The translations under genes were made by a program, and so were the position numbers. The notes under the pieces were generated by a model. It was not told the DNA's origin. It ran no database searches and saw only the letters and a list, made by a program, of their open reading frames with translations. A stretch of 64,000 nucleotides of DNA from an uncultured delta proteobacterium (lineage in GTDB: Bacteria > Myxococcota > Kuafuiibacteriia > Kuafuiibacteriales > Kuafuiibacteriaceae), in contig CAWDML010000010.1 in assembly GCA_963803435.1 (NCBI GenBank), positions 1 through 64,000 of the forward strand, in the 5' to 3' direction. Positions 60,082 through 64,000 of this stretch are shown one piece after another. Every line of letters begins with the position of its first letter. The stretch's first letter is position 1.

Positions 60082-60993
60082 TCATCGCTTGATCGCGACG
60101 TAACAGGTCTCGTGGCCGAACACCGTGGTGCGGCCGGGGTCGAGCGTCATCCCCACCGCGTCGAGCCAGCGCCGCATGCGCGCGTGCGTCGGGTAAACCG
60201 GATCGGAGGGGCGGGTGAAGGCGCGTCCGAGCCACGGGTAGGCGAGCATCCCGGCGACGGTGACCAGCTCCCGCGCCCGCGCGCGGCCCGGCATGCGGGG
60301 GAGCCGCGACGCGGTGACCCGGAGGAAGCCGCCGAGATGGGAGAGGATCATGACGGCGGTACCGCCGGCGACCAGGATGCGCGACGTCTCGGCGAGCACC
60401 GCCTCGATCGGCATGTACTGGAGCGCGCCCAGGTTGAGCACCACGTCGTAGCGCGCGGCCTCGAGGCCGGTGGCGTCCGCGCCCGACTCCACGATGCGCG
60501 GCGGCGGGAACCCGGCGATCCCGGCGAGCACCGGGCTGAGCTGGACGTACACCGGCTCGAGCTCGACGCCGACCAGCTCCGCGGCGACGCCCGCCAGCGA
60601 GAGCAGGTTGCAGCCGAAGCCGCAGCCGAGCTCCGCGACGCGCCGGCCCCGGAACGTGCCCTCGTGCATCACCTCGAGGCGATCCGCCTCGTGGATCCTC
60701 CGTCCGCGCGCTTCCCACATGACGAACTCCCGGCAGGAGTCCCCGACCTTCAACCCGAGGTCGGTGGGGATCGGCGCGTTCGGCCTGCTCATCCAGCCGA
60801 GCTCGGAGGCGAGGGTCCGGACGGCGAGGCTCGCGTTCGGCCGCGCGTGCATCGAGAGATCGGCCATCAACCGGATCAGCGCGGCGCCGTCGGGGCCGGT
60901 GAGCGCCTCGCGCGCGGCCGACATCTCCGTCTCACTCAAGCGCCGGAGCTCGCCCCACACGCGTGGCGCTCTAGCCCGTTGATCTGCTCCCAT
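60082..60993 (-). CDS. Class I SAM-dependent methyltransferase
   Basis: VAELGCGFG, GVELEP, YDVVL...ALQY, RILVAGG. Confidence 0.85.
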   Translation of the reverse strand: MGADQRARAPRVWGELRRLSETEMSAAREALTGPDGAALIRLMADLSMHARPNASLAVRTLASELGWMSRPNAPIPTDLGLKVGDSCREFVMWEARGRRIHEADRLEVMHEGTFRGRRVAELGCGFGCNLLSLAGVAAELVGVELEPVYVQLSPVLAGIAGFPPPRIVESGADATGLEAARYDVVLNLGALQYMPIEAVLAETSRILVAGGTAVMILSHLGGFLRVTASRLPRMPGRARARELVTVAGMLAYPWLGRAFTRPSDPVYPTHARMRRWLDAVGMTLDPGRTTVFGHETCYVAIKR

Positions 60994-61028
60994 CAAGGGC
61001 GGGTTATGATAGAAGCCGGGATCTAGCT

Positions 61029-62021
61029 TTGACTCGTCAGCTCTTCGCCTACCACCCCACCATCGGGTATCGATTCATCCCGGGCATCCGCGCGCGTGTT
61101 CGCCACGAGAGCGGCGGCTACAACGTGAAGTGCAATCGCGCCGGCTTCCGCTGCGATCACGAGGTCACGCCCAAGCCTCCCCGCGGGACGTTTCGCATCC
61201 TGCTCTTCGGTGACTCGTTCACCGCCGGCGACGGTGTGAGCAACAAGCACCGCTTCGGCGACGTCCTGGAGCGCCGGATCGAGGGCGTCGAGGTGCTGAA
61301 CTTCGGCCTCCCGGGATTGGGGACCGACCAGCAATACCTCGCGTTCAAGGAGTACGCGAAGGATCTCGAGTACCACCTGCTCTTGATCTGTCCGTTCGTC
61401 GAGAACATCGAGCGCATCGTCGCGACGCACCGCAAGACCGTGAACTTCTCCGACGGCCAGGTGGTCGAGCGCGCCAAGCCGTACTTCACGCTCGAGCAGG
61501 GACAGCTGGTGCTCCACCACCAGCCCTGCCCGAAGGAGACGCGCCCCGCCGAGGCCGACGACTGGCGGGCCACCGACGACCCATTGAAGAAGAACGTCCG
61601 CAAGATCTACGACCGCTTCCCCGGCTTCTCCCGGGCGGTGAAGCGCATCCGCAACATCCGCTACCCGATGGCGTACGAGGACCCGCAGGATCCAGCCTGG
61701 CTCCTGATGAAGCGGATCCTCGAGCGCTGGATCGAGGAGGCCGACAGCGAGGTCCTGGTCTGTCCGCTCCCGCTCTTCGCGCACATCGACAAGGCGTTCT
61801 CGGCCGACGGCATCCGCGCCCGCTTCGCCGAGCTGGCCAAGAACGACAAGGTCGCCGTCGCGGACATCCTCCCCGAGTACTGGCGCATGACGCCGGAGGA
61901 GCGCCACGGGCTGATCTACCACGGCGACGAGCACCCCTCGAAGCGTGGTCACGAGGTGATCGCGGAGTCGCTCGAGCCCCACGTCAAGAGGTTCCACGAG
62001 CGATGGCGGAGGAGCGCATGA
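61029..62021 (+). CDS. SGNH/GDSL hydrolase-family protein
   Basis: FGDSFTAG, NFGLPG.GTDQ, D.HPS..GH. Confidence 0.88.
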   Translation: MTRQLFAYHPTIGYRFIPGIRARVRHESGGYNVKCNRAGFRCDHEVTPKPPRGTFRILLFGDSFTAGDGVSNKHRFGDVLERRIEGVEVLNFGLPGLGTDQQYLAFKEYAKDLEYHLLLICPFVENIERIVATHRKTVNFSDGQVVERAKPYFTLEQGQLVLHHQPCPKETRPAEADDWRATDDPLKKNVRKIYDRFPGFSRAVKRIRNIRYPMAYEDPQDPAWLLMKRILERWIEEADSEVLVCPLPLFAHIDKAFSADGIRARFAELAKNDKVAVADILPEYWRMTPEERHGLIYHGDEHPSKRGHEVIAESLEPHVKRFHERWRRSA

Positions 62022-63853
62022 CCCGTCCCCTCTACGTGCTGGGTATCTCGGCCTTCTATCACGACTCCGCGGCCTGCGTGACCAGGGACGGCGTCATCGT
62101 GAGCGCCGCCCAGGAGGAGCGCTTCAGCCGCAAGAAGCACGATCCGCGCTTCCCGGTGAACGCGATCGCGAGCTGTCTCGGCGAGGCGGACATCGAGCCC
62201 GAGGATCTGTCGGCGGTCTGCTTCTACGACAACCCGGCGCTCTCGTTCGATCGCGTGATCCGGACCTTCGCGGCCTCGGGGCGCGGCGGCATGGAGAGCT
62301 TCGTCCGCGGCATTCCCGGCTGGCTGACCGGGAAGTTCTTCGTGGAACGGCTGGTGCGCGACGAGCTCCGCCTCCCCGCGGAGATCCCGGTGCTCTTCGA
62401 CGAGCACCACTTCTCCCACGCGGCCAGCACCTTCTTCCCCTCGCCCTTCGAGGAGGCGGCGATCCTCACCTGCGACGGCGTCGGCGAGTGGGCCACCACC
62501 ACGCTCGGCGTGGGCGAGGGCAGCGACCTCCGGATCCTGGAGGAGATCCGCTTCCCGCACTCGCTCGGGCTCCTCTACTCGGCCTTCACGTACTTCTGCG
62601 GGTTCAAGGTCAACTCCGGTGAGTACAAGTTGATGGGCCTCGCGCCCTACGGAAAGCCGCGCTACGCGGACCAGATCCGGGAGCACCTGATCGCGGTGAA
62701 GCCGGACGGCTCGTTCCGCCTCAACCTGAAGTACCTCGAGTACACGCGCTCGATGCGGCGCATGACGAACGAGGCCTTCCACGAGCTGTTCGACGGCCCG
62801 CCCCGCGAGCCGGAGAGCCGCATCACCCGCCGCGAGATGGACCTGGCCGCCTCGATCCAGCTGGTGACCGAAGAGGTGGTGTCCAAGCTCTGCGTCCACC
62901 TCCGCGCCCTCACCGACAAGCCGAACCTGTGCCTGGCCGGCGGCGTGGCGCTCAACTGCGTGGCCAACGGCAAGGTGCTGCGCGAGAAGACGTTCGATCG
63001 GATCTGGATCCAGCCGGCGGCCGGCGACGCCGGGGGCGCGATCGGCGCGGCGCTCCACGTCACGCACGCGTACTTCGGGCGCCCCCGCCCCAAGGCCCAC
63101 GGCAAGCGCGACGCGCAGCGCGGCAGCTACCTGGGCCCGCACTTCAGCAACGAGGAGGTGCGCGCCTACCTCGATCACCGGGAGTATCGCTATCACGAGG
63201 TGTCGGATCGGGAGCGCTCGCGGATCATCGCGAAGGAGCTGGCCGACGGGAAGATCGTGGGCTGGGCGGTGGGCCCGATGGAGTTCGGTCCCCGCGCGCT
63301 GGGGGCGCGCTCGATCCTCGGCGACGCCCGCAACGAGAAGACGCAGTCGGTGATGAACGTGAAGATCAAGTTCCGCGAGTCCTTCCGGCCGTTCGCGCCG
63401 TCGGTGCTCGAGGAGCGCTGCGCCGACTACTTCGAGATCGAGTCCGACAGCCCGTACATGCTCCTGGTCGCGCCGGTCCGCGCGGAGAAGCGGCTCCCGG
63501 TCGACGATCACGAGACGGACGACATGATCTCGATCGTCAACCAGAAGCGGAGCGTGCTCCCCGCGATCACGCACGTCGACTACAGCGCGCGCATCCAGAC
63601 GGTCAGTGAGACCAAGCCGGACTACTACGACCTCATCAAGGAGTTCGAGAAGCTCACCGGCGAGGGCGTCATCGTGAACACGTCCTTCAACGTCCGCGGC
63701 GAGCCAATCGTGTGCTCGCCTCGCGACGCCTACACGTGCTTCATGCGCACCAACATGGACACGCTGGTGCTCGAGAACTGCATCCTCTACAAGCCCGAGC
63801 AGCCGCACTTCGAGGACGCCGAGAACTGGCAGGAGACCTATGAGCTCGATTGA
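62018..63853 (+). CDS. NodU/CmcH-family O-carbamoyltransferase
   Basis: LGISAFYHDSAA, QEERFSRKKHD, HHFSHAAS, GEYKLMGLAPYG, GGVALNCVAN, EFGPRALGARSI, NTSFNVRGEPIV. Confidence 0.95.
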   Translation: MTRPLYVLGISAFYHDSAACVTRDGVIVSAAQEERFSRKKHDPRFPVNAIASCLGEADIEPEDLSAVCFYDNPALSFDRVIRTFAASGRGGMESFVRGIPGWLTGKFFVERLVRDELRLPAEIPVLFDEHHFSHAASTFFPSPFEEAAILTCDGVGEWATTTLGVGEGSDLRILEEIRFPHSLGLLYSAFTYFCGFKVNSGEYKLMGLAPYGKPRYADQIREHLIAVKPDGSFRLNLKYLEYTRSMRRMTNEAFHELFDGPPREPESRITRREMDLAASIQLVTEEVVSKLCVHLRALTDKPNLCLAGGVALNCVANGKVLREKTFDRIWIQPAAGDAGGAIGAALHVTHAYFGRPRPKAHGKRDAQRGSYLGPHFSNEEVRAYLDHREYRYHEVSDRERSRIIAKELADGKIVGWAVGPMEFGPRALGARSILGDARNEKTQSVMNVKIKFRESFRPFAPSVLEERCADYFEIESDSPYMLLVAPVRAEKRLPVDDHETDDMISIVNQKRSVLPAITHVDYSARIQTVSETKPDYYDLIKEFEKLTGEGVIVNTSFNVRGEPIVCSPRDAYTCFMRTNMDTLVLENCILYKPEQPHFEDAENWQETYELD

Positions 63854-64000
63854 CGACAAGCAGAAGAAGCTCCTGGTCGAGCTGTACGAGGAGCACATCC
63901 TCCCGCTGGCCGCGCATCCCGAGACCGCCAGCGTCGATCACCCGCCCAAGCCGGCCGGTGCCGACAGCTTCTTCGTGGTGCGCGCCCGCACCCGCCTCGA
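63840..64000 (+). CDS. Hypothetical protein, truncated by the window edge
   Basis: MSSIDDKQKKLLVELYEEHILPL...; start overlaps the carbamoyltransferase end. Confidence 0.6.
   Translation, partial: MSSIDDKQKKLLVELYEEHILPLAAHPETASVDHPPKPAGADSFFVVRARTRL

Overview
High-GC bacterial DNA. Gene content (Ser/Thr kinases, Cys-rich lipoproteins, sigma54 activator, DUF4388/J-domain protein, alpha-2-macroglobulin) points to Myxococcota or a related deltaproteobacterium. Bases 1-~8011 form one large imperfect palindrome with its axis at ~3987-4021. Both arms carry scattered indels and the axis appears to cut a gene start, so it is most likely a long-read fold-back or amplification artefact. The unique content of that block is a receiver-like/YvcK fusion gene facing an operon of Uma2 nuclease, SmtB/CzrA-type ArsR regulator and ICMT-like methyltransferase, with a triple operator. 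Next come two divergent copies of a ~157-nt element closed by a 29-bp stem whose only mismatches are G-U compatible; this candidate ncRNA pair is the most intriguing feature. An internally deleted IS1182-family element follows. The remainder is chromosomal: a P-loop/TPR sigma54 activator with lipoprotein, def-fmt, a long minus-strand run (kinase, threonine-synthase-like, SsnA-like, short YgfK-like, pseudo-receiver/J-domain protein, SET, GNAT-nitrilase), hflX with a PqqD-YkgJ fusion, a hybrid kinase, surface lipoproteins including a frameshifted alpha-2-macroglobulin, gpsA, bioD-like, cls, a second kinase, and the start of an SGNH/carbamoyltransferase cluster. I recognised no rRNA, tRNA or cas genes. 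All calls come from reading motifs by eye; no database search was run.
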